Assembly (NCBI GenBank): GCA_963837945.1
Contig: CAWIQD010000009.1
Span: forward strand, 64,529-128,528
Reading direction: 5' to 3'
Source: an uncultured Acidobacteriota bacterium
GTDB lineage: Bacteria; Acidobacteriota; Thermoanaerobaculia; Multivoradales; DATKCC01
Length of the DNA: 64,000 bases
In this document: in pieces, positions 46,219 through 55,535 of the stretch
Numbering within the stretch: position 1 is the stretch's first letter
How the letters are laid out: every line of letters begins with the position of its first letter
Position numbers and translations under genes: made by a program
The notes under the pieces: generated by a model
Told to the model about the DNA's origin: nothing
Seen by the model: the letters and a program-made list of their open reading frames with translations, nothing else
Database searches by the model: none

Positions 46219-47606
46219 CCCGAGTCCGTGCCGAGCTCGTACTTCTCGAGCCGGCGATAGAGCGCGCTGCGGGAGAGCCCGAGAGCCCGGGCGGCGTCGC
46301 TCACGCTGCCGCCGTGGCGGTCGAGCGCCTTCTGGATCATCACGCGCTCGGCCTCCTCGAGGGTCATCTGCTCGAGGCGGGGCGCGGGCGGCTCGAGGCC
46401 GGTCTGGGCGAGGCCCAGGTCCTCCTCCCGGATCGTTTCGTCGCGCGTCATGAGGACCCCGCGCTCGATCGCGTGGTCGAGCTCCCGGACGTTTCCGGGC
46501 CAGCCGTAGCGGGTCATCGCCCGGGTCGCCCCCTCGCTGAAGCCGGAGAGCGCCTTCCTGTAGCGCCGGCCGTGGCGTTCGAGGAAGCGCCGGGCGAGCC
46601 GGGGAACGTCCTCGCGCCGCTCGCGCAACGGCGGCAGATGGATGGTCACGGTGTTGAGCCGGAAGAGCAGGTCCTGGCGGAAGCGGCCGGCGGCGACCTC
46701 GGCCTGGAGGTCGGCGTTGGTCGCGGAGAGGATGCGGACGTCGATCGTCCGGGTGCGCGAGGAGCCGACCCGCTCGAGCTCGCCGGTCTCGACCACGCGC
46801 AGCAGCTTCGCCTGCTGGGCGAGAGTGATGTTGGCGATCTCGTCGAGGAAGAGGGTGCCGCCGTCGGCCATCTCGAAGCGGCCGATCCGCTCGTCCTTGG
46901 CGTCGGTGAAGGCGCCGCGGACGTGGCCGAAGAGCTCGCTCTCGAAGATGGTGTCGGAGAGGGCGCCGGTGTTGACCGTGACCAGCGGGCTCCTGGCCCG
47001 CGGCGAGAGGCCGTGGAGCACCTCGGCGAGCAGGCTCTTGCCGGTGCCGTGCTCGCCGGTGATCAGCACGTTCGCCTCCGACGGGCCGATCCGCTCGACC
47101 AGCTCGAGCACCGGGCGCATGGCGGGCGCGTCGGCCACCAGGCGCGTGCCGTCGCCGCGCAGCAGCCGGTTCTCGGCCTCGAGCCGCTGGCCCCGGCGCA
47201 GGGCCCGGGCGAGCTCCACCTGGGTGGCGACGAGCGAGAGGAGCCGGGCGTTGTCCCAGGGCTTCTCGATGAAGTCCCGGGCGCCGCGGCGCATCGCCTC
47301 GACCGCCACGTCGACGCTCGCCCAGGCGGTCATGACGACGACCGGCAGGCTCGGATCGACGGCGCGGAGCTGGTCGAGGAGCTCGAGGCCCTCGCGGCCG
47401 GAGGTGGTGTCGCGGGCGTAGTTGAGATCGACGAGGACGGCGTCGAGCTCCTGGGCGCGGACCGTCTCGAGAACGCGCGCGGGCGAGGTCGCGGTCACGA
47501 CCTCGTAGCCCTCCCCCTTGAGCAGCAGGCGGAGAGCGTCGAGGACGTCCTGCTGGTCGTCGGCGACCAGCACGCGGGGGGCGGTCTCGCGGCTCACGAG
47601 GCCCAT
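46215..47606 (-). CDS. sigma-54-dependent Fis-family response regulator (NtrC-like; REC + AAA+ + HTH)
   Basis: REC Asp region VLVDLNY. Walker A GEHGTGKS. ESELFGHVRGAFTDA (GAFTGA variant). GGTLFLDEI, R-finger. C-terminal Fis HTH (AARALGLSRSALYRRLEKY). Confidence 0.85.
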   Translation of the reverse strand: MGLVSRETAPRVLVADDQQDVLDALRLLLKGEGYEVVTATSPARVLETVRAQELDAVLVDLNYARDTTSGREGLELLDQLRAVDPSLPVVVMTAWASVDVAVEAMRRGARDFIEKPWDNARLLSLVATQVELARALRRGQRLEAENRLLRGDGTRLVADAPAMRPVLELVERIGPSEANVLITGEHGTGKSLLAEVLHGLSPRARSPLVTVNTGALSDTIFESELFGHVRGAFTDAKDERIGRFEMADGGTLFLDEIANITLAQQAKLLRVVETGELERVGSSRTRTIDVRILSATNADLQAEVAAGRFRQDLLFRLNTVTIHLPPLRERREDVPRLARRFLERHGRRYRKALSGFSEGATRAMTRYGWPGNVRELDHAIERGVLMTRDETIREEDLGLAQTGLEPPAPRLEQMTLEEAERVMIQKALDRHGGSVSDAARALGLSRSALYRRLEKYELGTDSG

Positions 47607-49525
47607 TCTACGCAGGTCGCCGGCCCCCGCCGGATCAGCCGTCTCCCGCGCAGCGCAGGAGCAACCGCCGCCGGGCCGCGCGGCGCTCGGCCAGTGACAG
47701 CTGCCGCGCCGCCGAGGCGAGCTCGGGCGCGATCCAGCGCAGATCGAGCTCGGCGTGGCGCTCCACCCGGAAACCGCCTCCCTCGAGGAGGGTCACGGTC
47801 TGCCGAAAGCGGCCGGCGTCGTTGGCCGTCTCGTCGTCGGCCGCCGCGGGAGCGCACCAGGAGGCCGGGGTCTCGAGCTTCCCAGACCGTCGCCCAGCGG
47901 ACCGGCCGGACCGCGAGCGGGCTCTGGAGCCCCTCGAGCTTCGAGGGCTCCGGGAAGGCTTCCGGCGCCGGCAGGGCGAGCGAGCGGACCGACGAGCCTT
48001 CCACCAGCCGCGGAAAGCTGGCGGAAGCCGAGAGCTCGACCATGGGCAGGCCGTCGACGTCGCCCTGGCTCCAGCGGGGCGTCCCCAGCCGGGCGCCGGG
48101 GAGGACGCCGTGGAGGACTTCGGTCGCCACCTCGCCGAGCCGCTCCGGGGTCGCCGAGGCCGTCATCCGGGAAAGGGCCCAGGCTCCCGAGCCGGTCAGC
48201 CGGAGCTCGGCTCGCCCGGCGGCGTCGCCGCTCTCGGAGACCTGCAAGTGCACCGTCAGGCTCCGGGCCTCCCGGCCGGCGAGGACCGGCACCGTCGCGA
48301 GCTCCGAGGCCTCTTTGCGCACCACCAGGGCCCGCTGCCCCTGGAGCGCCGGGTGGAGCCAGGTGAGGCCGCCCATCTCCTGGGTGGGGTCGACGAACAG
48401 GTAGCCGCCGCCGGCGGCGTCGTCCGGCCGCGGCGCCACTTCCGCCGCCGGCACGGCCACGATCAGGTGGTTGAACTGGTCGGCGGCGGGGAAGTCCGCG
48501 TCGATCCCCCGAGCTTCGTCGAGCCGCACCAGCGCCGGGTGGGCCTCGATTCCGGCGTCGGCCAGCAGGTCGACCAGGAGCAGCGCCTTGTCCTTGCAGT
48601 CGCCCCACCGGCGCTCGAGCACCTCGGCCGGCGGCGTCGGCCGGTAGCCGCCGACCCCCATCTCGACCGCCACGTAGCGCACTCGCCGGCGGACGAAGCC
48701 GAGGAGCGCCGCGAGGCGCCCGCGCGGGCTCTCGGCCCCCGCGGCCGCCTCGCGGCCCGCGGAACGCACCGCTCCCGAGCCGCGCGGGACGTCCCGGATC
48801 AGGTGCTCGTACCACCGGCCCACGTCCCCCCAGGTCCGCGCCGTGCCCCAGGCGATGTGCAAGACCGGCTGCGGATCCTCGTCGCGCTCCGGCGGCTCGA
48901 GGCCGGTGGCCGAGAGGGTGAGCCCGCCCGCGCGTTCGGTGACCTCGAAGGGGACCGCCCCGCCCTCCTGGGCGACGGCCGGCGGCGGGTCGATCCGCCA
49001 GCGGAAGCCCTCGCCCGCTCCGCGCACCTCGACCGTCAGGCTCTCCTCCGGCGCGTCACCGGCGAAGAGCGGGACCGTGGCGCTCTCGAGCCACGGCTCC
49101 TCGCGGATCTCGTAGGCGACGTTGAGCACCGAGCCCGCGGGCAGCGGCGGGAAGCGCAGCAGCCGGGCGCGCGCCGAGCTGTGGAGGACGCCCGCGCCGC
49201 CCGCCCCCTCGACGGTCGTGACGTCGTCGGCGCCGAGGACCACCCGCGAGCCGTCGGGCCGGAGCGCCCAGCCCGACGCCGAGACCAGCGTGTCGTTGTC
49301 GTCGAGGGGCACCGGGAAGGGCGACCAGGCATCGAGGTCGCCGGCCTCGTCGAGGCGCACCTGCAAGGCCACGCGCTGGTCGAGGACCCCCGCCGGGTCG
49401 AAGGCGAGAACGATCCGGCGCGCGAGCACCGTGTCGCCCCGCGCCGCGGGCGCCAGGGCCGCCGACAGCGCCAGGACGGCGAGCAGGATCGCCCTAGTCG
49501 TGGAGCAGGAGCAGCTTCTGGCCAT
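47594..49525 (-). CDS. DUF3857 + transglutaminase-like domain protein (paralog 1); C-terminal ~90 codons look like out-of-frame text
   Basis: Signal peptide. RWGDCKDKALLLVDLLADAGIEAHPALV is the transglutaminase-like Cys-protease core. After ...GLLVRS the ORF continues as Arg/Gly/Pro-rich sequence, so a frameshift near 47850 is likely and the true end is uncertain. Confidence 0.6.
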   Translation of the reverse strand: MARSCSCSTTRAILLAVLALSAALAPAARGDTVLARRIVLAFDPAGVLDQRVALQVRLDEAGDLDAWSPFPVPLDDNDTLVSASGWALRPDGSRVVLGADDVTTVEGAGGAGVLHSSARARLLRFPPLPAGSVLNVAYEIREEPWLESATVPLFAGDAPEESLTVEVRGAGEGFRWRIDPPPAVAQEGGAVPFEVTERAGGLTLSATGLEPPERDEDPQPVLHIAWGTARTWGDVGRWYEHLIRDVPRGSGAVRSAGREAAAGAESPRGRLAALLGFVRRRVRYVAVEMGVGGYRPTPPAEVLERRWGDCKDKALLLVDLLADAGIEAHPALVRLDEARGIDADFPAADQFNHLIVAVPAAEVAPRPDDAAGGGYLFVDPTQEMGGLTWLHPALQGQRALVVRKEASELATVPVLAGREARSLTVHLQVSESGDAAGRAELRLTGSGAWALSRMTASATPERLGEVATEVLHGVLPGARLGTPRWSQGDVDGLPMVELSASASFPRLVEGSSVRSLALPAPEAFPEPSKLEGLQSPLAVRPVRWATVWEARDPGLLVRSRGGRRRDGQRRRPLSADRDPPRGRRFPGGAPRRARSALDRARARLGGAAAVTGRAPRGPAAVAPALRGRRLIRRGPATCVEWAS

Positions 49526-51439
49526 CGCTGGTCTCGGCGGCAGCGTAGAGCCCGCGCAGCGCCGCGTAGGCCTCGCGGCCGACGAACTGCCGCTCGCGGG
49601 TGTCGAACCGGCGCGTGTAGGTGAGCGCGTGCCCCGCGGGATCGAGGAGCACCTGGGCGGTGAAGGCCCCCGCAGCGCTCGAGTAGCTCGTCGCCTCCGG
49701 CTCCGCCTCGGGGCGCCAGCCGTCGGGCCAGGAGAGGGTCAGCTCGACCTCGTCCCGGTCGGCGAACGGCAGGAGGACCGGCGTCAGGCGGTCGGAGGGC
49801 GCCAGCGTGAAGCGCTGGGCGACCGGCCCCAGGGGCCGGCTGAGGACCACCGCCGCCTGGTCGCCGAGCACGTCTTCCTCCCGTTGCGCGAGGCTCCAGG
49901 CGAGCTCGATCCGAGGGGCGTCCAGGTCCTCGGAGACCGTCACCTCGCTCACGTCGAAGCCGGGGAACGAGGCCTCGAGGTACTCGGTCAGGGCGTCGCG
50001 CCGATCCTCGGAGGTGGCCTCGGAGCGCAGCCACGCCGCCGCGTGGTGGCCCTCGAAGACCAGCCGGCCGGTACCGCTCACCGCGCCGTCCTCGGACAGG
50101 CGCAGGTCGAGCGTGGCGTGGCGCAGGTTGCTCTCCCAAGGCCGGGTCGGGAGCTCGATCTGCTCGGGCTTGCGCCGGCTGAAGACCAGGGCCCCCATGC
50201 CTTCCAGGTCGGCTTCGAGATAGCCGAAGCCGTTGCCCGGCTCGGAGGGATCGAGGAACACCTCCCGCCCCCCAGCCCGAGACGCACGAGGACCTTCTCG
50301 AACCAGTTCGGGTTGGCGAGCGCGAGGTCGATCTGGCCGGAGCTCCGCTCGGCCGCCCAGACCAGGTCGCCTTCGAGGCCGGCGGCGTCGAGCATTGCCT
50401 GGAGGATCAGCGCCTTGCCCGCCGGGTCCGCCCGCTGCGCCCGGAGCATCTCGTCCAGGGTGTCGTCCAGAGAGGGTGCGACCGAGGGGAGGGGGAGCGG
50501 TGGCGATCGAGTCCCGGACGAAGGCGAAGATCGCGCGCGCCCGCGCCTCCGGCTCGGCGCCCGCCGTCCGGGCGATCTCCTTGCCCTTGGAATGAACGGC
50601 GCCCTCGGAGTGCCGGGCCTCGGTGTAGAGCGAATCGAGGACCTCGCAAGTCGACCGCCAGTCGTGAAACAGCGGATAGCGCTCGATGTCCGTGGGCAGG
50701 AGGATGAACCGCGACGACAGGTCTTCGAAGGGGAACGCCTCGGGCTCGTCGGGGATCGGCGGCAGGTCGTCCATCCACACCTTGAACTCGGTGCCGCGCG
50801 CGGTCTTCTGCTGGCTGTGCTCGAACGTCCGGCCGAAGGTGGCACTGCCCCAGGGCGCCGCGGCCACGTCCGCGGGGCACGTAGTAGGTGATCTCCGAGT
50901 GGAGCGTCGGGATCCAATCCTGGAAGTACCACGGGTCGAGGTGGGCGATCGACTCGAAGCGCAGCTCGTAGCGGTAGTCGAGGATCGCGCCCGGCTCGAT
51001 CGCCGGGAACGTGGCGGTGGTCAGGCTCCAGCGCTTCTGGTCGGCCACCGTCTGCTGGAAGAGGGCGTCCTCGGGCACCGGCACCTCCCGCCCGTCGGGC
51101 AGCACCGTGCGCCCCTCGAAGGAGACCAGCCGCACGAAATCGCTGTGGGGCACACGGACCTCGCCGTACTTCTTGCCCTCCTCGGTCAGGAGCTTGATCC
51201 GGCCCTCGACCACGAGGCTCGAGGCCGTCTGGCTGACGAGCGTCCCCATCATGGTGAAGCGGGCGTCGCGGTAGAGGACCACCGCCGGCGCTTCCGGGTA
51301 GCCCGGCACGGAGGACATCTCCCGCTCGCTCTTCGCGACGGGCGGGAAGCCGGCCGCCCGGAGAGCGGCGGGCGAGGCGATCGAGCGGCAGGATCGCCAG
51401 GGCGAGGGCGAGGCGGAGGAGGTTACGGCGTTCAGGCAT
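49494..51439 (-). pseudogene. DUF3857 + transglutaminase-like domain protein (paralog 2), broken by >=4-5 frameshifts
   Basis: Natural-looking segments alternate between three minus-strand frames: signal peptide MPERRNLLRLALALAILP (from 51439), DUF3857 N-domain (50407-51318 frame), TGase-like region (50078 frame: ALILQAMLDAAGLEGDLVWAAERSSG), C-terminal domain (49494 frame). Confidence 0.55.
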
Positions 51440-51552
51440 GGACACTCCTGGCATCGTGAGGAGCCTCCGGCGGCTCGCGGGCACGACGGCGCCCGCGTTC
51501 CGGAGTCCCGGTTCCAGAACTACGTGTCCAAGGATAGCAAAACGATTTCGTC

Positions 51553-51584
51553 AACCACAGAAGAAGGCGGAAAGCCGCCGGCAT
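51553..51584 (-). terminator. intrinsic terminator (GGCGGC-TTTC-CGCC hairpin followed by a U-rich tract) downstream of the ABC ATPase
   Basis: Minus-strand reading gccggcggctttccgccttcttctgtggtt immediately 3' of the stop at 51657. Confidence 0.4.
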
Positions 51585-51656
51585 GCGCCGGCCGGGGGAC
51601 CGCGGCGATCACGGGCCCCCGGGCCGGCAGGAGAGGGATGGGGAGGGGTCAGCCGT

Positions 51657-52400
<744 letters not shown>

Positions 52401-52528
52401 CGGTCGCTCTCCTGGGTCCGCGGTACGCGTACGCCGGTTCGTTCGGTGTCGGGAGTTAGTACGGTCTTCGGTCCCGATGTGTTTCGTACTTCAGCGCTCC
52501 TGCGAGTATAAGCCCCTTCTGGCCGGCC

Positions 52529-53788
52529 TCACTCGAGCTTGATCCGGTCGACCTCGTCGAACTGGGAGGTGTCCGAAAGGATCACCTCGTCCCCGACGTC
52601 GAGGCCCTCGACCACTTCGATGGTGTCGACGGAGGCCCGGCCCAGCTTCACCGGCACGCGCACCGCCATGGCGCCGTCGTCGATCAGCTTGAACAGCTCC
52701 ACCTGGCTGTTGGCCTGGCCGTAGGTGGGCCGGTTGACGTAGAGGACGTCGTCGAGCTTCTCGATCTGGATCGTGCCGTCGACCGAGAGATCGGGGCGCG
52801 CGCCCGGCGGCAGCGCGCCCTCGAGCGCGACGTCCACCGTCACCGTGCCCTCGTGGACCGAGGGATCGATGCGCGAGACCTTGCCGGCGACGATGCCGTT
52901 GCGGGTGTCGATCTTCGCCGGCAGGCCGATCTCGATGTCCTTGGCCTGGGTCTCGGCGATCCGCAGCTCGGCCTTGAGGTCCTCGGGCTTGGCCACCCGG
53001 GCGAGCACGGTGCCGGCGTTGACCCGCTCGCCGACCTCGACCGGGACCTCCTGGAGGACGCCCGCGATGCCGGCCCGCACGCGCAAGGAGCCGACCTCCT
53101 CGCGGCGCAGCCGGTAGAGCGCCTCGGCCTGCGCGAGCTTGGCCTTCTGCGCGTCGAGCTGCGCCTGGAGCGACTCCTGGGCCTTGTCGAGCCGCCGCTT
53201 CTCGAGGTCGACCCGCTTCTCGAGCTGCTCCGAGCGGATCCGCGAGCGCTTGAGGTCGATCTTGGGGATCAGCCCGTCCTTGTCCAGGGTCTCGTTGGCC
53301 TCGACCTGGAGCTTGGCCTCGCTGTAGTCGGACTCCACCTCCGCCGCGCCGGCCTGCTGGCTGAGCAGGTCGCTCTGGAGGCGCACCTTGAGGTCGGCGA
53401 GGTCGGCCTGGGCGGCGTTGTAGGCGAGGCGCGCATCCTCGACCTGCTGCTCGAGCTGGGGGTTGGCGAGCTCGAGGATCACGGTGTCCGGCGCCACCCG
53501 CACGCCCGCCTTGAGGTGGATCTCCTCGACCCGGCCCTCGATCGAGGTGGTGATCCAGCGGATCTCCTCCGGCACCAGCGAGCCGGGGCCGCGGACCTGG
53601 CGGATCATCGAGCCGCGCTGGACCTTCCCCGTCCACACGCTCTGGCGCGAGACGCTCATGGCGGCGGGCTCGAGGCTCGAGATGCCGTAGCTCACGAGGA
53701 CCACCGCGGCCAGCCCGATCGCCCCGTAGATGATGCGCTTCTTGCGGCGCTTCTTCTTGAAGTCCTTGCGCTCGACGTCCATGCTCAT
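52529..53788 (-). CDS. HlyD-family efflux periplasmic adaptor (membrane fusion protein)
   Basis: N-terminal TM anchor, long coiled-coil (…QAQLDAQKAKLAQAEALYRL…), beta-barrel/lipoyl hairpin motifs. Start chosen at ATG 53788 (MSMDVERK) behind GGAGGGGAAAGGAG. Confidence 0.75.
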   Translation of the reverse strand: MSMDVERKDFKKKRRKKRIIYGAIGLAAVVLVSYGISSLEPAAMSVSRQSVWTGKVQRGSMIRQVRGPGSLVPEEIRWITTSIEGRVEEIHLKAGVRVAPDTVILELANPQLEQQVEDARLAYNAAQADLADLKVRLQSDLLSQQAGAAEVESDYSEAKLQVEANETLDKDGLIPKIDLKRSRIRSEQLEKRVDLEKRRLDKAQESLQAQLDAQKAKLAQAEALYRLRREEVGSLRVRAGIAGVLQEVPVEVGERVNAGTVLARVAKPEDLKAELRIAETQAKDIEIGLPAKIDTRNGIVAGKVSRIDPSVHEGTVTVDVALEGALPPGARPDLSVDGTIQIEKLDDVLYVNRPTYGQANSQVELFKLIDDGAMAVRVPVKLGRASVDTIEVVEGLDVGDEVILSDTSQFDEVDRIKLE

Positions 53789-53819
53789 GATGCACCTGCT
53801 CCTTTCCCCTCCCACTCTA

Positions 53820-53836
53820 GCAGCCCCCGTGCCAGG
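53820..53836 (-). promoter_or_regulatory. candidate sigma-54 promoter (minus strand) CTGGCACG-GGGG-CTGCT, ~30 nt upstream of the HlyD start
   Basis: Read on the minus strand: ccctggcacgggggctgctagagtggg. GG-N10-GC geometry exact. -12 CTGCT is one mismatch from TTGCT. Confidence 0.35.
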
Positions 53837-53960
53837 GAGTCCCGAGGTTCCAAGTTACTGACGGGGAAAGGCTTGCACGAGAGGGCAGGATGCCAGCGGC
53901 CACCCCGCGTCCGGTCGCGGGACGGCACGTCCCGGAACCGGACGCGGCCGCCGGAAGGGC

Positions 53961-55535
53961 TCAGCTCCCGCCGGCGGCGGCCTTCTCGGCCTTGTCCTTG
54001 GCCACCGGCTTGGCCGTTCGCACCGCCTCCAGGCCGTGGAGCACGGCGTCGCCCGTCTCCTTCGAGAGGAGGAGCTCGGCGTCGCGAGCCGAGGAGCGCG
54101 CCGGGTAGCCGTTCTCGCCGGCGGCGAAGAGGCTCAGGGTCTCCCGGGCGCCTTTCTCGCCGCTCAGGGCGAGGGTCAGGATCGGCTTGCCGGGCGTCGC
54201 GGGCGGCGCCTCCGGCAGCTCGCCCTTGGCGTCGGTCACGGCGAAGAGCAGGTCGCTCGCCGCGGTGTAGGGAATGGTCTCGGCGGCGCCCTTGGCGGTG
54301 CGCAGCCAGTCGGAGCCCTCCCGGGTCAGGACGAGCGGTCCTCCGCCGCCCGATCCGGACGATCCGCCGGCTCCGGACGGGGCCCGTTCGGCCGTCAGCC
54401 GGCTCACCTCGTAGGAGCTCAGGTCGGTCCACGAGCGCGAGCGCCACTCGTCGACCGGCGTCGCAGCCGTCCGCGCGAGATCGGTCGAGGCCTCGAACAG
54501 CTTGCCGCCGGCGCGAGCGTAGACCGTGCCGGTCGCGCCCTCGACCGGCGAGCCGATGTCGAGCACCAGGGTCTCGGTGGGGGCCGGAGCCGTTTTCGCG
54601 GCGGCGCCGCTCCCCTTCTTCTCGGCGGCCCCGCCATCCGGCGCCTCCGCGGCCTCGCCGGCACCGGAAGCGGACGGCGGCGCGAGCTCGGCCTCGATGT
54701 GCGCGACCGGCGGCTCGAGGCCGAGATCGGCCGGCGCCGGCTGCGTCTCGCCCTTGCCGCCACCTCCCAGGAGCTTGGTCGCCCGCAAGTCGACGAGGTC
54801 CGAGAGCAGGCGGTCGACCTTGTCCGAGTCGGCGAGGTCGGCGAGCGGCTTTTCGAGGTAGAAGCGGTCGTCCCGCTTCGCCAGGACCACCGGCTCTCCC
54901 GGCCGATCGGCCGAGCGCAGCGTCAGGCGCGCGATCCGGTCGCGCCCGGCGGTGAAGATCTCCTTCGACCGCCAGTCGTTGGGCTGTTTCTCGAGCTGGT
55001 CGACGAAGGACCGGGAGGTCACGTAGACCTCGGGCTCGCCGGCGAGCGAGACCAGGAGGTTGTCGGACGCCGGGACGTCGGCGCCGACGACCAGGGTGCG
55101 GGCGCCTTTCGGCGTCTCGAGCGTCACCTTGCCCCGGGGGGAATCGAGGCCCGCCTCTGCGGGCTTGGCGTCCTCGATCGTCCGCTCCTTCTCGAGCCCG
55201 GTGAGCGACGAGAGCAGCCGTTCGACGGCGCTCTGGTCGGCGCGGTCTGCGAGCGGCTCGGTGAGCCGCCACTCGCGCGCTCCCGCCCCCTCGCCCTCCG
55301 CCGCTTCGTCCTCGCCCGCCTCGGCTTTCGGCTTCGCGGCCGGACGCTCGAGGTGCACGGTCCGGTCGCCCCACTGGAGCGTCACCGCGGTCACGTCGTC
55401 GCTTTCGACCGGCAGCACCTTGCGCGAGCGCGCGGTCATCTCTTCGCTCGACGGCAGGTCGCGGCCGAAGAACCAGACGAAGGCGGCGAGCGCCGCCACC
55501 ACGATCGCCAGCACCAGGACGGTCTTCGGCTTCAC
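53961..55535 (-). CDS. DUF4340 domain-containing protein (GldG-associated)
   Basis: N-terminal TM (KPKTVLVLAIVVAALAAFVWFF) then repeated DUF4340-like modules. GTG start overlaps the gldG stop (GTGA) behind GGAGGAGGG. Confidence 0.6.
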   Translation of the reverse strand: MKPKTVLVLAIVVAALAAFVWFFGRDLPSSEEMTARSRKVLPVESDDVTAVTLQWGDRTVHLERPAAKPKAEAGEDEAAEGEGAGAREWRLTEPLADRADQSAVERLLSSLTGLEKERTIEDAKPAEAGLDSPRGKVTLETPKGARTLVVGADVPASDNLLVSLAGEPEVYVTSRSFVDQLEKQPNDWRSKEIFTAGRDRIARLTLRSADRPGEPVVLAKRDDRFYLEKPLADLADSDKVDRLLSDLVDLRATKLLGGGGKGETQPAPADLGLEPPVAHIEAELAPPSASGAGEAAEAPDGGAAEKKGSGAAAKTAPAPTETLVLDIGSPVEGATGTVYARAGGKLFEASTDLARTAATPVDEWRSRSWTDLSSYEVSRLTAERAPSGAGGSSGSGGGGPLVLTREGSDWLRTAKGAAETIPYTAASDLLFAVTDAKGELPEAPPATPGKPILTLALSGEKGARETLSLFAAGENGYPARSSARDAELLLSKETGDAVLHGLEAVRTAKPVAKDKAEKAAAGGS

